Assembly: GCA_964451705.1 (NCBI GenBank)
Contig: CAYVIV010000003.1
Span: forward strand, 1-58,902
From: an uncultured Candidatus Peribacteria bacterium
Lineage (GTDB): Bacteria > Patescibacteriota > Gracilibacteria > UBA1369 > GCA-2718715
Reading direction: 5' to 3'
DNA: 58,902 nt
Within the stretch, counting starts at the first letter, position 1. Each line of letters starts with the position of its first letter. The notes under the pieces were generated by a model. The model made no database searches, was not told the DNA's origin, and worked only from the letters and a program-made list of their open reading frames with translations. Below are positions 1 through 9,691 of the stretch, piece after piece. Position numbers and translations under genes: made by a program.

Positions 1-1167
1 GTTGTCCAATGCGTCTTTCTTGGCTTCTAGTTCTGACAGCTCGTCCTTTAGTGCACCGAGCCTTGTTTCTTTATTTGTTTGTGCTTGTCGCACATGTGTT
101 TGCTTCAACTGAAGTTTTTTTGTAGTTTCACCTGCAGTGTCGGCAGTAGATAGTGCTCTCTGGTGGTCTCTAACCAATGTATCTAGAGCAGTCTTGGAGG
201 TAGTTAGTTCTACTTGTTTAGCATTAAGCTCGGTATTTGTTGCAAGAGCTTGTGTCTTGAGTGAGTTTATCTTAGTTAATTCAGTTTGAATTTGTGTTTC
301 TACTACTGGAGACTGTTGTAGCAGAAAATAAATCTCTGCAAGTTGGCCCTGCTTTCTTTTATTAATAGCATCAATCTGTATCTGTGTTAAATTAGGCACA
401 GACTTAACAATCTGTTCTACCATTTCTTTTAAACCATTGGTACTATCTGTAGCTTCAGTGCCGTGAAGGGCAATTATTTGAGAAAGGGTGGAAAGCAAAG
501 ATTCATTCTCCTGAATATCTTCCAAACTACCCAACCCAAGTTCCTTTAGTGCTTTCTTCAATCTTTTTTTGTCATCATCATGGAGGGCGGCTAGGAATTG
601 ATAGTCATTTTTTATGAGTGTGTTATCTACCGTGTTATAGGCATCTTGAATTGAGTTTGCTATAGCAGCCTTGATGGTTAATAAAGTCCTAAAGCCAAAG
701 GCATTTTGATCATCGTCTTCTAAGTATTCATTTAGGGTTTGGATTAACTCATCTGCATCTTGGTCGGCAGAAACAGTATTAATAAGGCTTGTAAGTAAGT
801 TAATATCGATAGTAGCTTGCTCTGGTGTGTTAGAGCCAATAAGCGGTGATTGGATAGTGTCCAAAGCATCTTGGAGTCTCTTAGTTAATGAGCTGGTTAG
901 TATTTCGTTAAAAGTCTCTTTATCTTGGATTTGCTGGAACTCCAAGTAGGCACCAGCTCCTTGGCTAAGCTCCTTAGTTAAATAGGTGTACCTTAAAGCA
1001 GCGTTGACATCGCTAGCCATTTGAGTTTCTGCTTGAATTGGTGGGTTTGCAGACTTATCTACTGGTCTCAAAATACCTTGATCAGCCTCAGCCAAAGGTG
1101 GCTGCGCCTGTGCTTGCTGACCCTGCCGAGGATTCTGTGGTTGGTTCATACCTGGGAATGTATTCAT
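1..1167 (-). CDS. hypothetical Gln/Pro-rich, coiled-coil-like protein (N-terminal 389 codons; ORF runs off the window start)
   Basis: Not on the supplied track because there is no stop in the window. The reverse strand is open from ATG 1167..1165 (MNTFPGMNQPQNPRQGQQAQAQPP...) to base 1, exactly 389 codons. The distal part is Q/L/K/E-rich and heptad-like. No family recognised. Confidence 0.55.
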   Translation of the reverse strand, partial: MNTFPGMNQPQNPRQGQQAQAQPPLAEADQGILRPVDKSANPPIQAETQMASDVNAALRYTYLTKELSQGAGAYLEFQQIQDKETFNEILTSSLTKRLQDALDTIQSPLIGSNTPEQATIDINLLTSLINTVSADQDADELIQTLNEYLEDDDQNAFGFRTLLTIKAAIANSIQDAYNTVDNTLIKNDYQFLAALHDDDKKRLKKALKELGLGSLEDIQENESLLSTLSQIIALHGTEATDSTNGLKEMVEQIVKSVPNLTQIQIDAINKRKQGQLAEIYFLLQQSPVVETQIQTELTKINSLKTQALATNTELNAKQVELTTSKTALDTLVRDHQRALSTADTAGETTKKLQLKQTHVRQAQTNKETRLGALKDELSELEAKKDALDN

Positions 1168-1230
1168 GATTTAGGGGGTTTATCTAGTTGGGCGAATTAT
1201 AACATAATAGCCGAAAAATTGCAAAATCTA

Positions 1231-1260
1231 TTTACAGTTAGGCACTGGTTTTGCTAAGAT
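1231..1260 (+). promoter_or_regulatory. candidate sigma70-type promoter for tig (TTTACA-N18-TAAGAT)
   Basis: TTTACA at 1231..1236, an 18-nt spacer, TAAGAT at 1255..1260. If used, the ATG at 1261 cannot be the start, which favours ATG 1291. Confidence 0.3.
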
Positions 1261-1290
1261 ATGTCAAACTATTTAATAAGTATTTTCAGT

Positions 1291-2568
1291 ATGAAATTCA
1301 AAGTTGATAAAGATAAACATTCCCAAGCAGTCATTACAGTTACCCTAGAGGATAAAGACCTCAAGGGCTACAGAGAATTTGCTGCAAAAGAGCTCGCCAA
1401 AACATTGGATATTAAGGGTTTTAGAAAAGGACATGTGCCACTAGATGTAGTCGAAGAAAATTATGGTCCAGAGATTCTGATTGAATTTGCATTAGAGAAA
1501 AAACTTTCTTCAATTTATCAAGCAGCACTTATTGAAAACAAAGTAGAGGCTATTAGCCAGCCAGACTTTAAGGAGGTCTCCAAAGACCCTTATGTCTTTG
1601 AATTTACTGTAGCAATCAAACCAGAAATCGACCTAAAACCGCTAGCAAAGGTTAAAATCAAGAAAATCGCCACGAAAGTAACTAAAAAAATGGTCGAAGA
1701 AGAGATTAACAGGCAACTTAATTCAGCCGCAAGCTTTACAAAAGTCGATAGAGAGTCTAAAAAAGGCGATAGAATAGAGATAGACTTTGAAGGCTTCGAC
1801 AAAGATAACAACCCAATCCCAAACACAAAAAGTGCCGCTCACCCATTGGTTCTGGGCGATGGTATGTTTATACCAGGTTTCGAAGAAAACTGCGAAAAAC
1901 TCAAAGCAGGTGACAAACATGAGTTCCAAGTAACCTTCCCTAAAGATTACCATGCTAAAGACCTAGCAAATGCTAAAGTTACTTTTAAAATCACAGTAAA
2001 TAGTGTCGAGGAAAAATCAATTCCTAAACTAGATGAAGCCACTATAGAAAAACTTTCCTATAAAAAACAAAGCAAAGCTGACTACGAAAAACAAGTTGAA
2101 AGCCGCCTGCTCGAAAAACTGGAAAGTGACAACAAAAAACAAGAAGAAGAGCAACTCTACGATGAATTTTTGAAAAAGTTAAAATTTGAAATTTCTCCAT
2201 TAGTTGTCACAGACGAAATGCAGATTCTCAAACAAGAACTAGGCCAAAACCTCCAAAAACAAGGCCTAACTATGGAGCAATACGAAAAAATGATTAGCGA
2301 AAAGCAAGGTAAATCTGTAGATGAAACATATCAAAAACAAGCTGAAGAAAGAGCGCGCCTAAAACTTATTATAGATGCTATTGTCAAAGAGAAAAAATTA
2401 GAAGTAAAGGACGCAGATGTTGATTCTAGGCTAAAGCAAGAGGTTGACAAAGCCCCAAAAGAAATTAAAGATCACATAGAAAAGTACTATCGTGAAAACC
2501 CACAAGCCATAGCCGTTCTTAAAAACAGTATCCTCTTAGATAAGCTAGTAGCAGAGTACATTTCATAG
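1291..2568 (+). CDS. tig: trigger factor
   Basis: GFRKGHVP motif about 43 aa from M at 1291, as in known trigger factors. Has a central FKBP-like segment (FEGF..DGMFIPGFEE) and a long K/E-rich C-terminal domain. The ORF is open from 1261; the MKFKV start at 1291 is preferred. Confidence 0.9.
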   Translation: MKFKVDKDKHSQAVITVTLEDKDLKGYREFAAKELAKTLDIKGFRKGHVPLDVVEENYGPEILIEFALEKKLSSIYQAALIENKVEAISQPDFKEVSKDPYVFEFTVAIKPEIDLKPLAKVKIKKIATKVTKKMVEEEINRQLNSAASFTKVDRESKKGDRIEIDFEGFDKDNNPIPNTKSAAHPLVLGDGMFIPGFEENCEKLKAGDKHEFQVTFPKDYHAKDLANAKVTFKITVNSVEEKSIPKLDEATIEKLSYKKQSKADYEKQVESRLLEKLESDNKKQEEEQLYDEFLKKLKFEISPLVVTDEMQILKQELGQNLQKQGLTMEQYEKMISEKQGKSVDETYQKQAEERARLKLIIDAIVKEKKLEVKDADVDSRLKQEVDKAPKEIKDHIEKYYRENPQAIAVLKNSILLDKLVAEYIS

Positions 2569-2650
2569 GTTTTGAAAATATTGTCATAATTTTAGTTTGC
2601 ATTACGAGTTCAGTTAATTTAAAATATGAATAAATTATTTGAACTTACTC

Positions 2651-3202
2651 ATGCTAAAACAACTCTTCACATCAAATGTTCGCGTAAAACTTCTACAAGT
2701 TTTTGTCGATAATCCTGGTGAAGAGTTTTTTATTCGTCAACTCACACGAGACCTAGACGAACAAATAAACTCTATTCGCAGAGAACTCGAGAATCTTAAG
2801 AAAATTGGAATTTTGAGCTCCAAGCTCAAAAACCGCAAGAAATTCTACTACCTCAATAGCAATTGCATGATAATAGAAGATTTAGCAAATATTTTTAATA
2901 AAACTAAAAATCCACTCCAAAAACTCACAGCAAAAATCAAAAAACTAGGCAATATCGACTTGCTTATGTACTCTGGCAAGTTTATTAACTCCAAGTCTCC
3001 ACTAGACTTACTAGTAGTTGGTGAACTCACACAAGAGCAGCTTAAAGCACTTACAGATAAGGAATTAGGCTTTAACCCAAGGGTCCAAGTTGCCAATCTA
3101 AATGAGTTTATGCAAGCCTACAATGCAGATCGTGAGTTTATGACTAATATAATTACCGAAAAAGGCGTTATAACTCCTGTAAATAAGCTTGAAATTATAT
3201 AA
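2651..3202 (+). CDS. winged-helix (ArsR/MarR-like) DNA-binding protein
   Basis: N-terminal VRVKLLQVFVDNPGEEFFIRQLTRDLDEQINSIRRELENLKKIGIL is a typical wHTH. The C-terminal DLLVVGE segment resembles small CPR/archaeal regulators. The track starts at TTG 2639; ATG 2651 is more likely. Confidence 0.6.
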   Translation: MLKQLFTSNVRVKLLQVFVDNPGEEFFIRQLTRDLDEQINSIRRELENLKKIGILSSKLKNRKKFYYLNSNCMIIEDLANIFNKTKNPLQKLTAKIKKLGNIDLLMYSGKFINSKSPLDLLVVGELTQEQLKALTDKELGFNPRVQVANLNEFMQAYNADREFMTNIITEKGVITPVNKLEII

Positions 3203-3250
3203 TTTTCAGTTTATACTCGCACTACTAAAAATTACTTAACTTGCGCTAAA

Positions 3251-4048
3251 ATGAACCAAGTACTTCTAAACAGTGTAGCTAACAATAGTCTACAAGCGCG
3301 TCCTCAAATTAAAGTAGGTCAAACTGTAAAAGTTTTCCAAAAAATTACCGAGGGTGAAAAACAAAGAATCCAAAGATTTGAAGGTCTTGTTATCCAAGTC
3401 AAAGGGGATAGAGGAGTTAACCAAACCTTTACTGTAAGAGCACTAGTCTCTGGGGTAGGTGTGGAGAAAATTTTCCCAGTACACTCACCAAGTATTGATA
3501 GAATAGAAATCATTAAACAATCCAAAGTACGTAGAGCCAAACTTTACTACATGCGAGAACGATCTGGTAAATCTGCCAGACTTAGAGAAGTCCCAATGGA
3601 CGCAGAAGTTCTGAATCAGAATATCGACCCAGAATCAATCTACCCAGATGTAGAGCCAACTGTTGTCGAAACACCAGCTGCAGACACAGCCGCAGTAGAT
3701 ACTGCAACAGTGGAAGCACCAGCAGAGCAGGCCACTGCAGAAACTACTCCTACACCAGAAGTAGCCACAGAAAAAGCCACAGAGAAAGTAACTGAGGCTG
3801 TCGCGGAAACTCCAGCACCAGAGGTTGCAGAAGAAGCAGCAACTGAACAAGCTCCTCAAGAAGAGGCCAAAACAGAAGAAGCAACAGAGCAACCTGCTGA
3901 AAAAGTAGAGGAAAAAGCAACTGAGGCCACACCAGAAGTAGCTGAAGAGGAAACTAAAACACAAGAAAGTGCTGAGGAAGCTCCTCAAGAGGAAGCTACA
4001 GAAAAACCAGCCGAGCAAGAAGCTAAAGAAGACGAATCTAAAGCGTAA
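3251..4048 (+). CDS. rplS: 50S ribosomal protein L19 with a ~150-aa acidic P/E/A/T-rich C-terminal extension
   Basis: The core VGQTVKVFQKITEGEKQRIQRFEGLVIQVKG...FTVR...GVGVEKIFPVHSPSIDRIEIIKQSKVRRAKLYYMRERSGKSARLRE is canonical L19. Residues from about 116 to 265 are low complexity. Confidence 0.9.
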   Translation: MNQVLLNSVANNSLQARPQIKVGQTVKVFQKITEGEKQRIQRFEGLVIQVKGDRGVNQTFTVRALVSGVGVEKIFPVHSPSIDRIEIIKQSKVRRAKLYYMRERSGKSARLREVPMDAEVLNQNIDPESIYPDVEPTVVETPAADTAAVDTATVEAPAEQATAETTPTPEVATEKATEKVTEAVAETPAPEVAEEAATEQAPQEEAKTEEATEQPAEKVEEKATEATPEVAEEETKTQESAEEAPQEEATEKPAEQEAKEDESKA

Positions 4049-4079
4049 GCTCAAATTAACAGCTCAAGCGAAATATATA

Positions 4080-4108
4080 CCCTACAAAATTCAATTGTAG
4101 GGTTTTTT
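4080..4108. terminator. bidirectional rho-independent terminator between convergent rplS and the pyruvyl-transferase gene
   Basis: An 8-bp stem ccctacaa (4080..4087) / ttgtaggg (4095..4102) with a 7-nt loop, followed by T6 at 4103..4108. The reverse strand reads the hairpin followed by tatatattt. Confidence 0.6.
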
Positions 4109-5012
4109 ATTTATACAATATCTTAATATCACTCAGACCTTGGTCACTAAAGAAGCCCAGTACCTTGGGGGCATAGGCTAAAATCTGTATATTTAAGCCA
4201 AACTTTTGAGCGCAAATCAAAAAGTGCAAGCGCATACCAATTGCCTGCTTGGCATTCTCAAAAAGCTTTGCAGATGGGCTTAAACACTTAACATTTGTAT
4301 TAGCAAAGTATTGCTTATGAAAATCTACATCGCTTTGTTCAAAGGCACAAAAGACTAAATTCCTATGGGAGCTCAAGATATTCTTGACTACACTCTCTAA
4401 TTTAGCCGGCTTAAGTACTTTGTAGTGCCTAAGATTAACTAATGTATAGCCTGAAGTAACTATATCTTCTAAGGCATCTACATCTTTAAGTTGAAATTTC
4501 TCGAAGATACTTGATATTTCTTGTTTAGATAAACATAGAGCTAGGTCATCAGCTTTCTTAATCTTTAAGCCGAGATTATCTAAGAATTCATAGCTAAGTT
4601 GGTCTCTTAGCTCAATTAACTGGACCTTGGATAAAAGTAGTCTTAAGAAAAAGCCTGGCTTGGAAGAAAAGCTTTGGCCCCACATACTCACAGGTTTTCT
4701 AAACAAGACTGCCCAAAATAGAATCTGTAACCATATCCAGTAAGAGCGCTTGTTTTGTGAGTTTATTAAACCTCCACCACCATAAACTACTTGTTTGCAG
4801 CCTAGCAGGCCAGTGCAAGCTTGTTGCCATTGTCCTAAATTCAAGATAGAGCGGAAACCAGCAGGGAAGACAGGGAAGTCTCCACCAATAGGTGACATTG
4901 TTTTGATTGGTAGACTCTGCGTGGCCAGTTTTTTGCGAGCTGCGAAATGTAGCAGTTCATCACCTATATTAGAGGCTCCATAGTTTCCAACAAGCAGGGT
5001 GTATTTAGACAT
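4107..5012 (-). CDS. polysaccharide pyruvyl transferase family protein (CsaB-like)
   Basis: N-terminal LLVGNYGASNIGDELL and internal YGGGGLINSQNKRSYWIW...RKPVSMWGQSF follow the pyruvyl-transferase pattern (GyyGfgNlGDeail ... GGGsLlqd..s.rs..yy). Confidence 0.7.
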   Translation of the reverse strand: MSKYTLLVGNYGASNIGDELLHFAARKKLATQSLPIKTMSPIGGDFPVFPAGFRSILNLGQWQQACTGLLGCKQVVYGGGGLINSQNKRSYWIWLQILFWAVLFRKPVSMWGQSFSSKPGFFLRLLLSKVQLIELRDQLSYEFLDNLGLKIKKADDLALCLSKQEISSIFEKFQLKDVDALEDIVTSGYTLVNLRHYKVLKPAKLESVVKNILSSHRNLVFCAFEQSDVDFHKQYFANTNVKCLSPSAKLFENAKQAIGMRLHFLICAQKFGLNIQILAYAPKVLGFFSDQGLSDIKILYK

Positions 5013-5595
5013 TTTTCAAAAAGCTTAATCGATGTGCTTTAGATGGTCCCAACTCGGCAATCTTATCTCGATGGGCCTTGCTGCCATAACCTTTATGCGA
5101 AGATGAACTAAAGTTTGGGTGTAGTAGTTCTAAACCAGTCATTACATTGTCTCTATAAACTTTCGCAAGCACAGAGGCGGCAGCTATACAGTAGCACAAA
5201 CTATCCCCAGATTTAAAGTGTCTGGCATTAAACTCTCTTGGTAATTTGATACCATAGTCACTTAGAAAGTAAGTTTCTTCTAAATTTAAGTTAAAATACC
5301 TGCAAAATCTCTTGGCTGCGTACAAATACGCCATATTTAAGCCATAAAGGTCCAGAAAACTTGAATCAATACTTACCAACAAAAACTTTGCCTTAGAAGC
5401 AATCTCAGGAGCAATCTTAGTTCTTTTGGCTGCAGTTAATTTTTTGGAGTCAGTTAAATCAGCAATAGATTGCAGACTTGGGTTATAAAAACAAAAACCT
5501 ACTACCATCGGCCCCATAAAGCACCCCCTGCCAACCTCGTCTATACCTACAATGTATTTATAGTCCAAAGTAGATTCAATATCTAAAAAACTCAT
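5005..5595 (-). CDS. rnhB: ribonuclease HII
   Basis: GIDEVGRGCFMGPMVVG catalytic motif, DSKKL, and size of 196 aa. Confidence 0.9.
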   Translation of the reverse strand: MSFLDIESTLDYKYIVGIDEVGRGCFMGPMVVGFCFYNPSLQSIADLTDSKKLTAAKRTKIAPEIASKAKFLLVSIDSSFLDLYGLNMAYLYAAKRFCRYFNLNLEETYFLSDYGIKLPREFNARHFKSGDSLCYCIAAASVLAKVYRDNVMTGLELLHPNFSSSSHKGYGSKAHRDKIAELGPSKAHRLSFLKNV

Positions 5596-5631
5596 ATCTT
5601 AGAGAGGTTAGGACAAACAGTGGTAACTCTC

Positions 5632-6420
5632 CTACTGATTCACGTAAATCGCCTCTCGCAAAGTCGCAAGATCAGCAATGGAAGCATGTGTCCGCTTGGA
5701 ATCCTTAGTAGTATCCACTAGTGATTTCACAAAACTAGATGCTTTCACCAAGTCTTGGTGAGTTCCAGCATCAAACCATGGGTAAACTAGGTTTTGACAT
5801 TTTGCAGTTCCTGCTTGAATATACTGCTGAATCACATCATTAGTTTCGTATTCACCACGTGGAGACAGCTCGATGTTTTTAGCATATTCAAAGAATTTGC
5901 TATCGAATAAAGCAACTCCCGTCCATGCAAAGTTTGACGGTGGGTTTTCAGGCTTTTCTATTAAACTAATGAGTTTGTTATTTTCATCAAAATCTGCCAC
6001 TCCAAATCTTCTCGGATCTTGGACTTGTGTCAGTAAAATATTGCAGCCAGATTCAAAGTCTTGTGTTACCTGCGTTAAATCATCAAAAATAATATTGTCA
6101 CCCATTAGCATTAGAAAATTGTCACCAGCTATAAAATCTTGGCACAAGGCTATAGCATCACAAACACCAGATGGCTCAGCCTGAACCTTGTAAGTAACAT
6201 CTAAGCCATAATCCGAACCGTCTGCTACAACCCGGCTGAACATATGAGCATAGTCAGGATGGATAACGATGCAAACCTTCGAAATAACAGTCGCCTGAAT
6301 TGCAGACAATGCATAGTGAATCATAGGTTGATTATACACTGGTAGTAAGCACTTAGGTGCTGCATCTGTAAGGGGAGCTAGTCGAGTTCCCAAACCAGCT
6401 GCACATATTATAGCTTTCAT
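5632..6420 (-). CDS. sugar-phosphate nucleotidyltransferase (glucose-1-phosphate thymidylyl/uridylyltransferase-like)
   Basis: MKAIICAAGLGTRLAPLT (G-x-G-T-R-L signature), LMGDNI, and EKPENPPSNFAWTGVALF. Confidence 0.8.
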   Translation of the reverse strand: MKAIICAAGLGTRLAPLTDAAPKCLLPVYNQPMIHYALSAIQATVISKVCIVIHPDYAHMFSRVVADGSDYGLDVTYKVQAEPSGVCDAIALCQDFIAGDNFLMLMGDNIIFDDLTQVTQDFESGCNILLTQVQDPRRFGVADFDENNKLISLIEKPENPPSNFAWTGVALFDSKFFEYAKNIELSPRGEYETNDVIQQYIQAGTAKCQNLVYPWFDAGTHQDLVKASSFVKSLVDTTKDSKRTHASIADLATLREAIYVNQ

Positions 6421-6421
6421 A

Positions 6422-7135
6422 TTATTTATTCAGGTTATAAAAGTATTCATTGGCTTCGTGTAGTGAGTCATGAGTTCCAGCATCACTCCAGAAAGCATCT
6501 AAAAAGTTAGCTTTAGCAGCGCCATCTTGAATATAGATATTATTCAAGTCAGTGACTTCATATTCGCCACGAGCAGATGGCTCTAAAGTTTTAATGTATT
6601 CACAGGCTTTAGTATCAAAAATATACAATCCTACACAGGCATAGTCAGAATCTGGGTTTTCTGGTTTTTCAGTGAGCCTGAGAACCTTTCTACCATCTAG
6701 GGTTGGTACTCCAAAGCGTTGTGGGTCTGGTACTTTTTTAAAAAACAGCTCGCAACCTTCGTTAAAGTTAGCAACTGCAGGCGAAAAATCAAAATCTGGA
6801 CCAAAAATATTGTCAGATAGGTAAACCAAAACGTTATGACCCTTAATTTCTGACTCACATTCCAAAATCGCGTGTGAAATTCCCATAGGGTTCTCCTGAA
6901 CCTTAAAACTCACATTCAAGCCAAATCGTGCACCAGAACCGACTAATTTTAAATAAGTAGAGACAACAATAGGAGAAATAATGATAATCACATCCTTAAT
7001 CCCTGTTTTAGCAATTGCCTCCAGTGAGTAAAAAATCATTGGTTTATTGAAGATAGGTAAAATTGACTTGTGTAAACAGTTCGTAAGTGGACGTAAGCGG
7101 GTTCCATTGCCACCTGCTAAAATAATTGCTTTCAT
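6422..7135 (-). CDS. sugar-phosphate nucleotidyltransferase, paralogue of the preceding gene
   Basis: MKAIILAGGNGTRLRPLT, YLSDNIF and EKPENPDSDYACVGLYIF. It has the same architecture as 5632..6420 and sits 1 nt upstream of it. Confidence 0.8.
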   Translation of the reverse strand: MKAIILAGGNGTRLRPLTNCLHKSILPIFNKPMIFYSLEAIAKTGIKDVIIIISPIVVSTYLKLVGSGARFGLNVSFKVQENPMGISHAILECESEIKGHNVLVYLSDNIFGPDFDFSPAVANFNEGCELFFKKVPDPQRFGVPTLDGRKVLRLTEKPENPDSDYACVGLYIFDTKACEYIKTLEPSARGEYEVTDLNNIYIQDGAAKANFLDAFWSDAGTHDSLHEANEYFYNLNK

Positions 7136-7137
7136 TC

Positions 7138-7992
7138 TTATGTATTTAATAAATATTCCCTAACTGCCAGCTTGTAATCACGTAGGGATTCTATCCTTTC
7201 ACTGCGCATTATACTATATTTAGGGCGCATTGCAAGGGTTTGAAAGCCTGAAGAGTCAACAGGCAAAATATTGGCTTTGGTGCCTAATAATTCTTGAATC
7301 AAACAAGCATACTCATACCAACTACAAGATCCATCGTTAGTTAGGTGTACAATTCCAGATAAACTAGAATCAATATATTCGTCTACGACACGCGCAGCTA
7401 AATCTACTGTGTAGGTAGGAGATCCAACTTGGTCATTTACTACTGGTACTGGATGAGCATCTGTCGTTAGTTTGTTAGAAATAGCATCTATAAAATCACG
7501 TTTGTTAGGACCAAATAACCAGGATGTTCTTATGATTAAAGTTTCTGGATTTGCATTTAGAGCAGATTGCTCTGCCATAGCCTTAGTTTTACCATAAAAA
7601 TTAATCGCATCCACTGCATCTGATTCTAGATATGCAGAGTTTTTGGACCCATTAAAAACATAGTCCGAAGAAAATGTGATGAATCTAATAGAATCTTGCG
7701 CAGCAAGCTTAGCTAGAGATTCCACTGCAGTGACATTGAGTTCTAAGGCGTTTTGTTGCTGAGCATCATCGGACTCACATTTATCTACCAGGTTATAACC
7801 AGTGCAATTAATAATACAGTCAGGCTTATGCTCGGATATATAATCACTTAGTTGCTGAAAAGACCTTAAGTCAACCTGACTTGATAGCGGTGCCAAAAGT
7901 TCAAATTTATCAGATTCACTAAGTAGCTTTGCAAATTGGCTACCTAACAGACCAGTTGAGCCAAACAAGAGTACTTTATGCATAGAACTCAT
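7138..7992 (-). CDS. rfbD: dTDP-4-dehydro-6-deoxyhexose reductase (RmlD family)
   Basis: VLLFGSTGLLGSQ Rossmann motif, a SSDYVF...Y..TK catalytic Tyr/Lys pattern, and 284 aa. Confidence 0.8.
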   Translation of the reverse strand: MSSMHKVLLFGSTGLLGSQFAKLLSESDKFELLAPLSSQVDLRSFQQLSDYISEHKPDCIINCTGYNLVDKCESDDAQQQNALELNVTAVESLAKLAAQDSIRFITFSSDYVFNGSKNSAYLESDAVDAINFYGKTKAMAEQSALNANPETLIIRTSWLFGPNKRDFIDAISNKLTTDAHPVPVVNDQVGSPTYTVDLAARVVDEYIDSSLSGIVHLTNDGSCSWYEYACLIQELLGTKANILPVDSSGFQTLAMRPKYSIMRSERIESLRDYKLAVREYLLNT

Positions 7993-9691
7993 TTAATTTA
8001 TTAATACACTCATCGATATCTACCAGCTGGTGCTCGGCACCTGTTCGCAGTTTGAATTCTAGCTTAGCATCTGCCTCTAGTTTCTGAGATGCTACCACAC
8101 GTACAGCAATACCAATTAAATCTGCATCGTATAGCATGGTGCCTGGTCTTTGATCTCTGTCATCAAACAGGACATCGAAACCAGCAGATTCCAGTTTGTT
8201 ACAAATCTCTTGGGCATATTCAGGGCAGTTAATACCAACTAAATGAACCTGGAATGGAGTAATTGATTTTGGCCAACAAATACCTCTTTCATCATGATGA
8301 ATTTCGACAACAGTTTGCAAAGTTCTACCAATCCCAATCCCAAAGCAACCCATATATAAAGGAGTAACTTGATTATTGGCCGCAGTAAAGTCTGCCCCTT
8401 TCATTTTTGCCGTATAGTGAAAACCATTTTGGAAAATATTGCCTACCTCAACTCCACGTTTTTCGATAAATTCCAAGCCATTTTCAGATAAGTGGCCAGG
8501 TTGTGCTAGAGCAATATCTCCTTGCAGGTCGGCTGTAAAGTCTCTACCAAAATTAACATTCAACATGTCATGATTTTTTTTGTTGGCACCTGTATATCCA
8601 TTTACAAAAGTCTGTAGTGAGTTGTCTGCAACGACAGTCAACTTAACTCCCTGAGCCAGGTTGTCTTTAATACCAACAGGGGATATAAAACCAGGGTGAC
8701 TTCCAAGTAAATCAATCACGTCGCTTGCTTCTAGTGGCTCCAAATCATCTTCTAGGACTCCAAGAAGGTTTTCTAACTTACGCACATTAACATCCACATC
8801 TGCACGAACAACTGCTAGCACAACGCCAAGAGTTCTCGATTTAAAGGCTACATTTTTGATTTGTCTTTCTAGCGGTAGATTGTGGAACTCGGCACCTGCA
8901 GCGACAGTTTTGGCTCGGCTGGCTTCTACTATAGTTAATTCTTCTAGTGGGTCGTCGAGGTTAATTTCTGCAAATTTTGAAGCGGCAATGTCTTCATGGG
9001 CGTGGTAATCACCATTTTTTTCTGCTAAATATCTGCTTTCTCCAACTTCTGTATCTACAATGAATTCATGACAATATTCACCACCAATAAAACCATTATC
9101 AGCTGGGACCATATGCGCTGTTAAGCCTAATTCATTGAATATATCAAAGTAACTATCTGCCATTTGCTTATAAACTTCGGCAAATTGCGTTTCGTCCTCA
9201 CAAAAAGCATAGGCATCTTTCATTAAAAACTCACGAACTCTAAGCAAACCTCCACGTGCCCTTTTTTCATCCCTGAATTTATAACCAAATTGATAAATAT
9301 TAAAAGGCAGGTCTTTGTAGGATAAATTATATCTTCGCACAATGTCTACAAACATTTCTTCGGCTGTGCCTCCTAGTGCAAACTTGGCGCCTCTTCTATC
9401 TTCGACCAAAGTCAAGTCAAAACCACTAGCAGCATCTCGATTAGTCTCTTGCCAAAGTTCTAATGGGTGACACACAGGCGCTAGCATTTGCTGTGCGTCT
9501 GCTTTGTTCATATGTTTTTGAATCACATCTACTAGCTTGTTTTGCACTAACATACCAAGAGGTAGCATGTAATATCTGCCTGCAACGGACTCTGCAATAT
9601 ATCCTGCCTGTACTAGTAGTTTATGTGAATCTATCTTTAGATCACTGGAAACTTTTTTTAAAGTTTTGCCAAAAAATTTTGAATATTTCAT
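7976..9691 (-). CDS. proS: proline--tRNA ligase (bacterial type, with insertion domain)
   Basis: 571 aa. Starts MKYSKFFGKTLKK...HKLLVQAGYI, has class II motifs (FRDE.RARGGLLRVREF, GCFGIGIGR) and a C-terminal anticodon-binding domain. Confidence 0.95.
   Translation of the reverse strand: MKYSKFFGKTLKKVSSDLKIDSHKLLVQAGYIAESVAGRYYMLPLGMLVQNKLVDVIQKHMNKADAQQMLAPVCHPLELWQETNRDAASGFDLTLVEDRRGAKFALGGTAEEMFVDIVRRYNLSYKDLPFNIYQFGYKFRDEKRARGGLLRVREFLMKDAYAFCEDETQFAEVYKQMADSYFDIFNELGLTAHMVPADNGFIGGEYCHEFIVDTEVGESRYLAEKNGDYHAHEDIAASKFAEINLDDPLEELTIVEASRAKTVAAGAEFHNLPLERQIKNVAFKSRTLGVVLAVVRADVDVNVRKLENLLGVLEDDLEPLEASDVIDLLGSHPGFISPVGIKDNLAQGVKLTVVADNSLQTFVNGYTGANKKNHDMLNVNFGRDFTADLQGDIALAQPGHLSENGLEFIEKRGVEVGNIFQNGFHYTAKMKGADFTAANNQVTPLYMGCFGIGIGRTLQTVVEIHHDERGICWPKSITPFQVHLVGINCPEYAQEICNKLESAGFDVLFDDRDQRPGTMLYDADLIGIAVRVVASQKLEADAKLEFKLRTGAEHQLVDIDECINKLNEFYA

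Noticed and set aside
1021-1257. 78-aa forward ORF on the track
   Set aside because: It lies almost entirely antisense to the much longer reverse-strand ORF 1..1167, which has a plausible start and composition. The translated peptide is W/C/L-rich, as is typical of a shadow frame.
3635-4054. A 139-aa and a 60-aa (3750..3932) reverse-strand ORF opposite the L19 tail
   Set aside because: Their Cys/Phe/Leu/Ser-rich translations are the mirror image of the GAA/GCA/ACA-rich low-complexity coding repeat. The forward frame is continuous with a canonical L19 core.
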